NCBI GenBank assembly: GCA_964638415.1
Contig: CAZWYP010000005.1
Coordinates: 4,121 to 68,120, forward strand
Source: an uncultured Gammaproteobacteria bacterium
GTDB taxonomy: Bacteria; Patescibacteriota; Patescibacteriia; UBA1558; GWA2-36-10
DNA: 64,000 nucleotides
Reading direction: 5' to 3'
Below the pieces are notes generated by a model, which saw nothing but the letters and a program-made list of their open reading frames with translations, made no database searches and was not told the origin of the DNA. This document shows positions 18,017 through 28,097 of this stretch, in pieces; within the stretch, counting starts at the first letter, position 1, and every line of letters starts with the position of its first letter. Both the position numbers and the translations under genes were made by a program.

Positions 18017-18921
18017 GGCTCCAATCTTTCATCAACACGCAGAGGAATTTCCACCTGCTTGAAATTATCCTGATCCAACCAATTTACGTCTGGAATTACT
18101 TGGTAAGTGGTAACGCGGGGCAGATTATTCAGCCAAACAGCGGTTAATTCCTTAGTGGTCAGAGAATTAAAATCCGTGGCCTTGGCTAAATTAACCGCCA
18201 CCAACTGATCTCGGTTATACAAAGCTACCTGGAAATTCACCTGCCAGAAATTATATAAGCTCAAATTTCTTACCCGCCAAGTAAGGCGTGGATCTAATTT
18301 AATCTGCTCACCGTCAATTTCCTGAGTAGTGGCCGGTTCAAACTTCAAATCCGTAATTTCCCAGGCAATCGCCGGCAAGGAAGCATCTGCCCGCTGCCAC
18401 TTAATATTGTCATTTAATTTTATTTCCAAACTTTTTAGACCGGAAACATTCTCATAGCCTAGTTGCAAAATCATCTTGTCATCATTAGGCATCAACCAAC
18501 CGATTTCCGTTGCCAATGGTTGGCCGTTAACGACAAAGTTATATTCAAAAGATTTAACCAGCCAGTCAGGATTAGGATTCTTAATAAACGCTACTAGATT
18601 GTAGCGACCAGCACCGACGGCAAACCACTGAGGCCGGCTAATCTGTAAAGTCTGCGGCTGATGTTCAAGATGCCAGCTCTGCCAATTAACATCGGGAGAT
18701 AAAGCAGCAGCTTTACTCTGCCAACTGCTTTGGTTGAATAACTTAAAAATATTGGCTGCCAAAAAAAACAGCAAAATCGCTAAGATTCCTACAAAAAAAC
18801 CAAGAAAAATTCTGCGGGCAGTTTGACGATGAGTAATCCACCAATATCCCCTCTTTAAGTCTTTGTCACTAATTGGCTGAAATTCATTCATAATAAACAT
18901 ATTATAACCCAAACTTAACAA
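18013..18921 (-). CDS. single-pass membrane protein of unknown function, translationally coupled to ftsW
   Basis: N-terminal TM helix followed by a ~250-aa extracytoplasmic domain; 4-nt overlap with the ftsW start. Confidence 0.4.
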   Translation of the reverse strand: MLSLGYNMFIMNEFQPISDKDLKRGYWWITHRQTARRIFLGFFVGILAILLFFLAANIFKLFNQSSWQSKAAALSPDVNWQSWHLEHQPQTLQISRPQWFAVGAGRYNLVAFIKNPNPDWLVKSFEYNFVVNGQPLATEIGWLMPNDDKMILQLGYENVSGLKSLEIKLNDNIKWQRADASLPAIAWEITDLKFEPATTQEIDGEQIKLDPRLTWRVRNLSLYNFWQVNFQVALYNRDQLVAVNLAKATDFNSLTTKELTAVWLNNLPRVTTYQVIPDVNWLDQDNFKQVEIPLRVDERLEP

Positions 18922-19028
18922 TAAATCTACCTGGCTGCTAAAATTACGAGCTTTTGCCAGATAAAAATTTATGTTATAATAACCTTGTTAAAAAATAATC
19001 GTTTAAGAGCAAAAAATAAAAATAAAAT

Positions 19029-19313
19029 ATGTGGGAAACTTCAAAAGATATCTTTAATTTGCTTTCGGGAATATCCATCCTGCTGGTAGCCGCTTTCTTA
19101 TCTTATCTCTTCTACCAGATGGCAACTATGATCCGCAATGTCAACCGGACAATGTCAGCCGTGCAAAATATGGTGGAAGGAGTTAATCAACTGGTAAAGA
19201 AATTAAAAGATAAAGCGGATTCCGCCGGCACTTATCTGACTATTCTAGCTAAAAGCGCCCAGCAGATTTTTGAATACTTCAACAAAAATCAGAAATCTTC
19301 CCGAAAAAAATAA
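19029..19313 (+). CDS. small membrane-anchored coiled-coil protein (DUF948-like)
   Basis: One TM helix then a predicted helical region; hairpin terminator follows at ~19350-19400. Confidence 0.35.
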   Translation: MWETSKDIFNLLSGISILLVAAFLSYLFYQMATMIRNVNRTMSAVQNMVEGVNQLVKKLKDKADSAGTYLTILAKSAQQIFEYFNKNQKSSRKK

Positions 19314-19418
19314 AAAGCAAAAATAAAAATCTAGGTCAGCGCTGAAAGTAGCTGCCAAACCCCAAAACAAAAATTTTCTTGCGGGGTTTTATTATTAACT
19401 TTAAATAGTCATTTATCA

Positions 19419-22400
19419 ATGTTTGTCCATCTCCACACTCACTCCCATTACAGCTTACTTGACGGTTTAAGCACCATTGACGGTCTGGTGGCTAAAGCCA
19501 AGGAACAAGGAGCTAATGCTTTGGCGTTAACCGATCACGGTGTAATGTATGGCGTCATTGAATTCTACCAAAAATGCGTCAATGCCGGCATCAAACCGAT
19601 TATCGGAGTGGAAGCTTATGTGGTGGAAAATCTGCAAGACCGCCACAGCAAGGAAAAGCCTTATCATCTACTGCTACTGGCTAAAGACAATCAAGGCTAT
19701 AAAAATCTGTTAAAACTGGTATCCCTTGCTCATTTGAACGGCTTTTACTACAAGCCCCGCGTTGACTGGGCAACTTTAAAACAATACCAGCAAGGCTTAA
19801 TTGCCAGCACTGCTTGCTTGGCCGGTCCTTTAGCGCGCCATATCTTATCTGGCAACAAACAACAGACCGAACAAAATCTTCAGACGCTCATAGATATCTT
19901 CGGGACAGATAATGTCTGCCTGGAAATTCAGCATCGCAATTTTCCTGAACAAAAAATAGTCAATGAGGAATTAAAAAAATTAGCCAAACAATACTCTTTG
20001 CCGCTCATTGCCACTAATGATGTTCATTATCTCAATCCCGAGGATGATCAGGCGCATGATGTATTGCTTTGCATCCAAACCAAGCAAAAACAGTCAGATA
20101 AAGATCGCCTGAGCTATTTGGGAGAAAATTATGCCCTGCTGCCGGAAAACACTATGCGGGAACTGTTTCCTGACACTCCGGAAGCTATAGATAATACCCA
20201 AAAAATTGCTGACCGCTGCAATGTGGAGATTGAATTGGGAGTAATCCAGTTGCCACAATATTCCCTACCTAACGGAGTGACCGCTGAACAATATTTGGAG
20301 CAACTCTGCCTTAATGGTCTTAAAAGCCGCTTTAACCTCAGTCCGGAAAATACTCCTCAAGAAATAACCGAAAGGCTGCAGTATGAATTGTCAGTAATTG
20401 CCAAAACCGGCTTTGCCGCTTATTTCTTAATCGTCCAGGATTTTGTCAATTGGGCAAAAGATCAGCACATTATCGTCGGGCCTGGACGCGGTTCAGCGGC
20501 CGGTTCTTTAGTTTCTTATTTAATCGGCATCACCAATATTGACCCCTTAAAATACAATCTATTGTTTGAGCGTTTCCTTAATCCGGAAAGAATTTCCATG
20601 CCAGATATTGACTTGGATTTTGCCGATGAAAGAAGGAATGAGGTAATTGACTATGTAGAAAAAAAATACGGCAAAGACCATGTAGCCCAGATTATTACTT
20701 TTGGAACCATGGCCGCCAGAGCTGCTGTCAGGGACGTTGGCCGTGTCATGGGCTTCAGCTATATGTATTGCGACCAGCTGGCGAAAATGATTCCCATGTT
20801 CACTTCCTTGAAAGAAGCTTTGGAGACTGTAGAAGAGCTAAAAAAAGTTTATGAAGAAGATGCGGAAGCGCAGCGTCTGCTGGATATGGCTAAAAAGGTT
20901 GAAGGGCTAGCCCGCCACTCCTCTGTCCATGCCTGCGGGGTGTTAATTACTAAAGATCCGCTGACGGAATATGCTCCGCTGCAGTATGCCAGCGGCGATG
21001 ACAAGACTATTATCTCGGAATATTCCCTGCATCCAGTAGAAGACTTGGGCTTGTTAAAAATGGATTTCTTAGGGTTAAAAAACCTAACCGTCTTAGAACA
21101 GAGCATTAAAATCGTTAATAAGACTAAGGGAGTGAAAATAGACCTAGACCATCTTCCCTTGGCAGACAAAAAAACTTTCGCCTTGTTAAAAAAGGGAGAT
21201 ACTACCGGCGTATTCCAATTGGAATCTGGCGGCATGAAAAGATATTTAAAACTATTAAAACCCAGTGAATTGGAAGATATTATCGCCATGGTTTCACTTT
21301 ATCGCCCAGGACCGATGGAATTCATCCCGGATTTTATCAACCGCAAGCACGGCAAAACCAAACCCACTTACTTACATCCAAAATTAGAACCTATTTTGCA
21401 GAATACTTACGGCATTGCCATTTACCAGGAGCAAATCATGCAAATTGCCCGAGACCTAGCTGGTTTCAGCTATGGCCAAGCTGATGTGCTGCGCAAAGCA
21501 GTAGGCAAGAAAATTAAAAAACTGCTGGATGAGCAGGAAGAAGCTTTGGTTAAAGGCATGGTTAATCACGGCATTGACCAGCACACTGCCCAGCAGATCT
21601 GGGAATTTATCATCCCCTTTGCCCGTTATGGATTCAACCGCGCCCACGCTGCCTGCTATGCCATGATCGCCTACCAAACCGCCTATATGAAAGCTAATTA
21701 TCCGGAAGCTTTTATGGCGGCTTTACTTAGTTCCGACCAGGATAATATCGACCGCGTCACTATTGAAATCAATGAATGCCGGAAAATGGACATGGAAGTT
21801 TTACCACCGGATGTTAATGAAAGCTTTGCTACTTTTGCCGTCGTACCCAGCCAGCAAGAGCATGTTTTAGGAAAAATCCGCTTTGGCCTTAACGCCATTA
21901 AGAATGTCGGCCATCATATTGCCAGAGAGATTATTGAGGAGAGAAAAGCCAATGGCCCTTACCAATCTCTGGAAGATTTTCTTAATCGCATTACGGATAA
22001 GGATCTTAACCGCAAATCGCTGGAGAGTTTAATTAAATCTGGGGCTTTTGACCGCTTTATCGAACGCGGTCAAGCTTTAGGCAATTTAGACAAGCTGCTA
22101 CAATTCAATAAAAAAAATCAGACAGAATTAAAATCCGGCCAAAGCAATTTATTTGCCGATCTACCCTTAGCCCAGCCCGTCTTTAACTTGAAACTGGACG
22201 ATTTCCCTCCGGTTTCAATAAATCAGAAACTTTCCTGGGAAAAAGAATTATTAGGTCTGTATTTAAGCGACCATCCGTTTAAAGACTACTTACCGCTGCT
22301 TAAAAAACAGATAACCGCTCTTAATGAGTTAAAAAACTTAGAAGATAAGACAGTGAAAGTTGCCGGCATCATCACCAATATCCAGAAAATAATCACCCAC

Positions 22401-22856
22401 AACGGCAAAACCATGTTTTTTGTCACTATTGAAGATTCCACCAGCAATGTAGAGGTGTTGGTATTCCCCAAAGTTTTGGAAAACACTCATGGCCTATGGC
22501 AGGATGAAAAAATGGTAGTTGTTAATGGCAAAGTATCCAGCAAAGACGGACAGCCTAAAATTTTAGCGGAAAACGCCCAAGAGCTTACTACTGCTAAAAT
22601 CCAAGAATTGACTAAAGAATCTTTTTCCACCAACCGCCTATCCTTAAACCTGCCGGAAGGATTCAATAAAGAAAATATGCAAACACTCAAAGAGGCCTTG
22701 GAAGAATATCCGGGCTTGACTCCCGTTTATTTAATCATCAACAACGGCCATCAACGGCGGGTAAAAACTGACCTAAAAGTACTGCCAGATAAAAAATTAC
22801 TGGATAAAATAAGCTTGCTAATAGGGCAAGAAGCTTGGAAACTTGAGAATAATTAG
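19419..22856 (+). CDS. dnaE: DNA polymerase III subunit alpha
   Basis: PHP domain (HLHTHSHYSLLDG), Pol III alpha palm/fingers (FLGLKNLT, PDIDLDF) and a C-terminal OB fold. No intein insertion. Confidence 0.95.
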   Translation: MFVHLHTHSHYSLLDGLSTIDGLVAKAKEQGANALALTDHGVMYGVIEFYQKCVNAGIKPIIGVEAYVVENLQDRHSKEKPYHLLLLAKDNQGYKNLLKLVSLAHLNGFYYKPRVDWATLKQYQQGLIASTACLAGPLARHILSGNKQQTEQNLQTLIDIFGTDNVCLEIQHRNFPEQKIVNEELKKLAKQYSLPLIATNDVHYLNPEDDQAHDVLLCIQTKQKQSDKDRLSYLGENYALLPENTMRELFPDTPEAIDNTQKIADRCNVEIELGVIQLPQYSLPNGVTAEQYLEQLCLNGLKSRFNLSPENTPQEITERLQYELSVIAKTGFAAYFLIVQDFVNWAKDQHIIVGPGRGSAAGSLVSYLIGITNIDPLKYNLLFERFLNPERISMPDIDLDFADERRNEVIDYVEKKYGKDHVAQIITFGTMAARAAVRDVGRVMGFSYMYCDQLAKMIPMFTSLKEALETVEELKKVYEEDAEAQRLLDMAKKVEGLARHSSVHACGVLITKDPLTEYAPLQYASGDDKTIISEYSLHPVEDLGLLKMDFLGLKNLTVLEQSIKIVNKTKGVKIDLDHLPLADKKTFALLKKGDTTGVFQLESGGMKRYLKLLKPSELEDIIAMVSLYRPGPMEFIPDFINRKHGKTKPTYLHPKLEPILQNTYGIAIYQEQIMQIARDLAGFSYGQADVLRKAVGKKIKKLLDEQEEALVKGMVNHGIDQHTAQQIWEFIIPFARYGFNRAHAACYAMIAYQTAYMKANYPEAFMAALLSSDQDNIDRVTIEINECRKMDMEVLPPDVNESFATFAVVPSQQEHVLGKIRFGLNAIKNVGHHIAREIIEERKANGPYQSLEDFLNRITDKDLNRKSLESLIKSGAFDRFIERGQALGNLDKLLQFNKKNQTELKSGQSNLFADLPLAQPVFNLKLDDFPPVSINQKLSWEKELLGLYLSDHPFKDYLPLLKKQITALNELKNLEDKTVKVAGIITNIQKIITHNGKTMFFVTIEDSTSNVEVLVFPKVLENTHGLWQDEKMVVVNGKVSSKDGQPKILAENAQELTTAKIQELTKESFSTNRLSLNLPEGFNKENMQTLKEALEEYPGLTPVYLIINNGHQRRVKTDLKVLPDKKLLDKISLLIGQEAWKLENN

Positions 22857-22870
22857 GTATAATAACCTTA

Positions 22871-23998
22871 ATGGTTAATCGGCAGAAACCAAAAAATAAA
22901 ACTGGAATCTATACAAAAATCGTCGGCTTCTTTATGTTCCTGACAATTGTAGCTATTTTTGTTATTCTCCATTTTGCTTTAGCTAAGGTAACTATTAAAG
23001 TAGTTTCCCCCACCACTACTGAAAGCTACAGCGGTTTAGTGGAAATGCTGCCGGAAAACTCTTTGGAAGCTACTACAGAAAATATTCTAGGAAAAATAAT
23101 CACCAAAGAACTGGAATTAACTACAACAGTGCCAACCGAGCCTGAAGCTAAATCAGCCACTAAAGCTGGGGGTTATGTGACTATTATTAATAATTATTCC
23201 CAAAATCAGCCATTAGTAGCCACCACCAGGCTTTTAACTCCAGATAACAAGCTTTACCGCATTCAAACTGGGGTAACCGTACCAGCTGGCAGCAGCGTAG
23301 AAGTATGGGCGCAAGCCGATGAGGAAGGAGAACAGTATATTATTGGTGAGACTAAGCTTACTATTCCCGGACTATGGTCAGGCTTGCAAGACAAGATTTA
23401 TGCTGAAACCAAAGGTTTTAGCTTAGCCAGCGAGCCAATTTACCAAGTGACAGAAGATACCTTAGCAGCAGCCCAAGAAAAATTAGCCACCGAAGCTATT
23501 AACCAAGGACTGACTGCTTTTAATGAACTGCTGGCTAAGAATCTGCAAATTGGTAAAGAACAAATATTTGCCAATTATGAAACTCTGGAATCTTCCGCTG
23601 TCGGCGAAGAAACAGCAGAAACCAGCTTAAAGCAGAAAGTAACTCTCTATGGTCTAGTCTTCTCCCCTGCTGACTTACAAGCTATTGCGGAAAAAAAATT
23701 CCAGGATGATTTGGAAAGTAATCAAAAACTAACTAACCTTGTTCCTGGGACATTCCATTATCAAATCTTAGAAATGTATCCAGAGCAAGGTCGAGCGATT
23801 ATTGAAGTAAAACTCGATGGTCAGGTAATGTCCAGCCAGCATTTGCTAAAAATCAATAAAGATGAGTTAATCGGTAAAACTGAAAACGACATCCGCGAAT
23901 ATTTGCAGCAATTCAATATTGAATCTAGTGAAGTTAAATTCTTTCCTTTCTGGATTAAAACCGTACCTAAGCTTAAAGATCATATTATTATCGAATAA
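22871..23998 (+). CDS. membrane-anchored hypothetical protein
   Basis: N-terminal TM helix; 375 aa; no recognisable motifs. Confidence 0.4.
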   Translation: MVNRQKPKNKTGIYTKIVGFFMFLTIVAIFVILHFALAKVTIKVVSPTTTESYSGLVEMLPENSLEATTENILGKIITKELELTTTVPTEPEAKSATKAGGYVTIINNYSQNQPLVATTRLLTPDNKLYRIQTGVTVPAGSSVEVWAQADEEGEQYIIGETKLTIPGLWSGLQDKIYAETKGFSLASEPIYQVTEDTLAAAQEKLATEAINQGLTAFNELLAKNLQIGKEQIFANYETLESSAVGEETAETSLKQKVTLYGLVFSPADLQAIAEKKFQDDLESNQKLTNLVPGTFHYQILEMYPEQGRAIIEVKLDGQVMSSQHLLKINKDELIGKTENDIREYLQQFNIESSEVKFFPFWIKTVPKLKDHIIIE

Positions 23999-24004
23999 AT
24001 AACT

Positions 24005-24033
24005 TTGACATTTTCTGCCATTGCTCATATAAT
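24005..24033 (+). promoter_or_regulatory. Consensus sigma70 promoter (TTGACA - 17 nt - TATAAT)
   Basis: Both hexamers match consensus exactly: 24005-24010 and 24028-24033. Confidence 0.6.
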
Positions 24034-24039
24034 AACTAT

Positions 24040-24217
24040 GCTTAATGATTGGAATAGCTACCAACTATTCTGTATCCGTTTTTAGCGGATTTACCTCTTT
24101 GGCTAAGTTAAGCGGACAAATTAATCAATAAAGTGGTTTAGTATGCTGTATTTACTAGGCAACTTGGGTGGAACCGCCTAAAAACTTAGGTCCCAAGATA
24201 ATAATCTTGGTTTTTTT
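24040..24217 (+). promoter_or_regulatory. T-box-like riboswitch leader (Thr specifier ACC) with antiterminator/terminator switch
   Basis: cuuGGGUGGAACCGCC at 24163-24178 matches the T-box motif AGGGUGGNACCGCG. It can form the antiterminator CUUGGG-[UGGAACC bulge]-GCC...GGU-CCCAAG. The competing terminator is CCAAG-auaauaau-CUUGG followed by U7 (24193-24217). Upstream hairpin gaauag-CUACCAA-cuauuc (24052-24070) presents ACC, then a purine, in a 7-nt loop. Confidence 0.55.
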
Positions 24218-24228
24218 ATTTTAAAAAT

Positions 24229-24993
24229 ATGAAAGAGTTTATCAACAACCGCAAAAACCAAAAATTAGCAGTAATTATAGAACAGCCAGTTAATCCCCGT
24301 GGCTTAGCGATTATCATGCACGGCTTAGGCGGCTTTAAAGAACAAGAGCATATTGCTATGTTCGCTGAAACTTTTCTAGAAAATAGCTATACCACCATCC
24401 GCTTTGACGCTGCTGACACTATTGGTGAAAGTGAAGGTAAGATGGAAGAGGCTACGGTCACTAATTACTACGAAGACTTGGAAGATGTGATTACTTGGAC
24501 TAAAACTCAAAAATGGTATCAAGAACCGTTTATTTTAGTAGGACATAGTTTGGGAGCTGGTTGTTCTCTGTTATATGCGGAAAACCACCCTCAAGAAGTA
24601 AAGGCTATTGCTCCCATATCTACAGTGGTTTCCGGAGAACTTAGTTTTCAGACTTACACCCAAGAAGAATTAGATCATTGGAAACAAACCGGCTGGCAAA
24701 TTACGGAAAGTCGCGGTAAACCTGGTGTATTTAAAAAACTGCCCTGGTCACATATGGAAGATAGATTAAAGTATGATTTGTTGACTAAGGTAGATAAGCT
24801 GATTATGCCAATAATATTAATAGTCGGTGATCAGGATGACGCTACGCCTTTGGCACATCAACAAATATTATTTGACAAACTGCCCGGACCAAAAGAATTG
24901 CATATAATAAAAGGAGCTCCCCATACTTTTCGGGAAGAAAAACACTTAAAAGAAATTAAAGAAATATTAAATAATTGGATTAAAACTTTATGA
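24229..24993 (+). CDS. alpha/beta hydrolase
   Basis: IIMHGLGGF oxyanion region and VGHSLGAG nucleophile elbow; 4-nt overlap with the thrS start. Confidence 0.65.
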   Translation: MKEFINNRKNQKLAVIIEQPVNPRGLAIIMHGLGGFKEQEHIAMFAETFLENSYTTIRFDAADTIGESEGKMEEATVTNYYEDLEDVITWTKTQKWYQEPFILVGHSLGAGCSLLYAENHPQEVKAIAPISTVVSGELSFQTYTQEELDHWKQTGWQITESRGKPGVFKKLPWSHMEDRLKYDLLTKVDKLIMPIILIVGDQDDATPLAHQQILFDKLPGPKELHIIKGAPHTFREEKHLKEIKEILNNWIKTL

Positions 24994-26747
24994 AACAAGA
25001 TAAAATATTCAAAATCCGCCACTCGTTAGCCCATGTGCTGGCCATGGCTGTGCTTAAAAAATTTCCCGAAGCCAAATTAGCAATCGGCCCGGTAATCGAT
25101 AACGGCTTCTATTACGATTTCCTGCTACCGGCTAAAATCTCCGATGCCGATCTGCCGGCTTTAGAAAACATTATGCGGGAAATAGTAAAACAAAATATTG
25201 AATTTAAGAAAAAGGTAGTACCGCGAGCCAAAGCCTTGGACATAACCAAAGAGCAGAACCAGCCATTCAAGACCGAGCTAATTAACGATTTGCCTGACGA
25301 TGAAACTATTAGTTTCTACTCCTCCGGCAGCTTTAATGATCTCTGCCGCGGACCGCATGTCAAAGCAACAACGGAAATTAACACTGAAGCCTTTAAATTA
25401 ATCAGCGTAGCCGGTGCCTATTGGCGAGGTGATGAAAAAAGGGAAATGCTTACCCGTATTTACGGCGTAGCTTTTGCCACTAAAGAAGAATTAGAAAAAT
25501 ACTTGACTATAATGGAGCAAGCCAAAGAGCGGGATCACCGCAAGCTTGGCAAAGAATTGGACTTATTCACTTTTTCCGACTTAGTAGGACCTGGCCTGCC
25601 TTTATGGACTCCTCATGGCATGATCATCCGCGAACAAATAGACAATTTTGTCTGGGAATTAAGAAAAGTGCATGGCTACCAAAAAGTAGAAATTCCCCAT
25701 ATTACCAAAAAAGACTTATTTGTCACTTCCGGGCATTGGGATAAATTTTCCGATGAATTATTCAAATGCCAGTCCCGCGAAGGCCACTTATTTGCTCTCA
25801 AGCCCATGAACTGCCCCTTCCATACCCAGATTTTTGACCGCAATAAGTGGAGCTACCGGGATATGCCCCAGCGCTATGCTAATACTACCATGTGCTACCG
25901 GGATGAGCAGACTGGGGAACTTTCCGGCTTAAGCCGCCTACGCTCCTTTACCCAGGACGATGCCCATGTTTTCTGCCGTGAGTCCCAAACCACAGAAGAA
26001 GCTTTAAAAATCTGGGATATTATCCAGGCTTTTTACAAACAAACTGGCTTCAAATTAAAAGTTCGCTTATCTTTGCGGGATCCAAAACAGCCGGAAAAAT
26101 ACAAAGGTAGTGAAGAATTATGGTTAAGATCGGAAGAACAGTTAAGAAATATTATCCAGCAAAAGAAAGTTAAGTTTACCGAAGCCTTAGGTGAAGCAGC
26201 TTTCTATGGACCAAAGATAGACTTCTTAAGCCATGACTCTTTGGGACGCGAATGGCAGGTTGCTACTATCCAAATTGACCGCAGTATGCCGGACAGCTTT
26301 AACCTGCACTGCATTAATGAGAAAGGTGAAGAAGAAAGGATTGTCATGATCCATGCTGCTATTGCCGGATCTTTGGAAAGATTCATGTCTGTCCTCATTG
26401 AGCACTTAGGAGGCAATTTCCCTACTTGGCTGGCTCCTGTGCAAATAAAAATCTTAACTGTCAATTCCAGCCATGGAGAGTTTGCCCACGGCTTAGCTCA
26501 AGAATTTGCTAAAGCTGGATTAAGAATAGCTGTTGACGACTCCAGTGAGACTTTGGGCAATAAAATACGCAAAAGCGCCAAAGACAAGATTCCTTATGTG
26601 CTGGTAATTGGCGACAAGGAAATGAACTGCTCTGCTCTATCTGTACGCGTACGAGGCAGTAATGATCTATTAAACATTGCCAAAGCAGATTTTATCCGCC
26701 AAGTAAAAAATGAGGTGAAAAAAAGAAAACTAAAGCTCCTCAAGTAA
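24990..26747 (+). CDS. thrS: threonine--tRNA ligase (lacks the N-terminal TGS domain)
   Basis: Editing-domain HxxxH (HSLAHVLAMAV), class II catalytic motifs, C-terminal anticodon-binding domain. 585 aa versus ~640 for full-length ThrRS. Confidence 0.9.
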   Translation: MKQDKIFKIRHSLAHVLAMAVLKKFPEAKLAIGPVIDNGFYYDFLLPAKISDADLPALENIMREIVKQNIEFKKKVVPRAKALDITKEQNQPFKTELINDLPDDETISFYSSGSFNDLCRGPHVKATTEINTEAFKLISVAGAYWRGDEKREMLTRIYGVAFATKEELEKYLTIMEQAKERDHRKLGKELDLFTFSDLVGPGLPLWTPHGMIIREQIDNFVWELRKVHGYQKVEIPHITKKDLFVTSGHWDKFSDELFKCQSREGHLFALKPMNCPFHTQIFDRNKWSYRDMPQRYANTTMCYRDEQTGELSGLSRLRSFTQDDAHVFCRESQTTEEALKIWDIIQAFYKQTGFKLKVRLSLRDPKQPEKYKGSEELWLRSEEQLRNIIQQKKVKFTEALGEAAFYGPKIDFLSHDSLGREWQVATIQIDRSMPDSFNLHCINEKGEEERIVMIHAAIAGSLERFMSVLIEHLGGNFPTWLAPVQIKILTVNSSHGEFAHGLAQEFAKAGLRIAVDDSSETLGNKIRKSAKDKIPYVLVIGDKEMNCSALSVRVRGSNDLLNIAKADFIRQVKNEVKKRKLKLLK

Positions 26748-26801
26748 ATTTTCTCAAAAAGTGGTATAATAATCTTGCCACAATTAATTTTTAACATTAT
26801 G

Positions 26802-28058
26802 AAAAAAATAATCGCCTTATCTTTCCTACTGGCTTTAATAATCAGCCAGTCTGCGCAAGCGCAAGAAACAGTAAATCAGGAGATTGCCGCGGAATTAAGC
26901 GCCGATGAAATCACGGCTACTGACTTGGATTTAACCGAAGAGCAAGTTAAGCTGCCGGGGACTTTTGGCCACTGGTGGAGCAATGTAAAAATCAATACCA
27001 AAAGTTTTTTTGCCAATGATCCGACCAAAGCGGAATTAAAACTGAAACAGGCTAATTTGGAATTATTAGCCGCTAAAAAGCTGGCGGGAAACACTAATAA
27101 TGAGGAGAGTAAAAAGAAGCTGGAAAAAGCCTTGGCTAATTACCAAAAGCATACTGCTGTTTTAGAAGAAAAACTAAAAAAGGTACCAGCAGATAAAAAA
27201 GAACAGCTATTGGAAAAGCTGGCAGACAACCAATTAAAACATCAGGAAGTTTTCCAGAAGTTAATCTCCAGCGCCCCAGAACAGGCTAAAGAAACTTTAC
27301 TTACTGCCAAAAAAGAGGCGCTGCAAAATTGGTATGAGAATCATTCGGAAGATTTTGCCGCCAGATTAAAAGAAGCAGTAGATAATAATAATCAAGGCAG
27401 TAAGTTTAAAAATCTCCAGATTATGGCCACTCTGCAGGAAATGTCATCAGATTTACCGGCAGACGCCAAAGAAAAGATAACTGAAGCAACGCAAGCGGCA
27501 GAAGCTAAACTAAAAGAAAGAATACAAAATCTCCAAACAGAAGATCAGGATAAACTGGAAAAATACCTAAAAACATTACCCATAGATGATATTAAAAAAA
27601 CGGAGATCATCAATCGCTTACAAACCGATGATAATCTAAAAGAACTATGGGATCGCTTAGAAAAAATAAAAGAAGAGCAATTGGAAAAGATAAAAAATAA
27701 CCTGGAAAATCTAGATGAAGCAGGCAGAAAAAAATTCTTGGAAGATAATTTCTCCCAAGAAGCTAATGCTGCTAGAGTAATTATTTTAGATAAGATTAAA
27801 GATGATTTACCAGCTTTGAGAGAGAAGGTAAAAGAAATTGACGAAAAACAGCAGTTGATGATCAAAGAAAAAATAAAAAATGCTGGGGATGAAAAAAAGC
27901 TGGAAGAACTAAAAAAAGAATTAGAAACCATTAATCGTCCAGTTCTAAAAAAAGAGTTATTAGACAAGGAACAAGAGTTTAAACCAGAACTTAAAGAAGA
28001 ACTTCCTGCTAAACCCCTGCCGCAAATCCGCCCATATAATGCCAGTGCCAGCAATTAG
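26802..28058 (+). CDS. secreted Lys/Glu-rich coiled-coil protein
   Basis: Signal peptide MKKIIALSFLLALIISQSAQA followed by a long KE-rich helical region. TGnTATAAT extended -10 at ~26766-26775. Confidence 0.5.
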   Translation, partial: KKIIALSFLLALIISQSAQAQETVNQEIAAELSADEITATDLDLTEEQVKLPGTFGHWWSNVKINTKSFFANDPTKAELKLKQANLELLAAKKLAGNTNNEESKKKLEKALANYQKHTAVLEEKLKKVPADKKEQLLEKLADNQLKHQEVFQKLISSAPEQAKETLLTAKKEALQNWYENHSEDFAARLKEAVDNNNQGSKFKNLQIMATLQEMSSDLPADAKEKITEATQAAEAKLKERIQNLQTEDQDKLEKYLKTLPIDDIKKTEIINRLQTDDNLKELWDRLEKIKEEQLEKIKNNLENLDEAGRKKFLEDNFSQEANAARVIILDKIKDDLPALREKVKEIDEKQQLMIKEKIKNAGDEKKLEELKKELETINRPVLKKELLDKEQEFKPELKEELPAKPLPQIRPYNASASN

Positions 28059-28065
28059 ATAAAGA

Positions 28066-28097
28066 AAAAAGCGTTCCTAAGAAGGGAACGCTTTTTA
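28066..28097. terminator. Bidirectional terminator hairpin (aaaaagcgttcc taagaa gggaacgcttttt)
   Basis: Perfect 9-bp stem flanked by A and T runs, between convergent genes. Confidence 0.55.

Noticed and set aside
19419-22856. Intein in dnaE (a common intein host)
   Set aside because: The DnaE sequence is continuous with no Hint blocks; the only Hint domain in the window is in the A2M-like surface protein.
24040-24217. Alternative identities for the promoter-plus-terminator small RNA (6S RNA, SRP RNA, small-peptide gene)
   Set aside because: The GGGUGGNACCGC block with a switchable antiterminator/terminator and a codon-displaying hairpin fits a T-box leader far better. The small ORFs inside lack an RBS.
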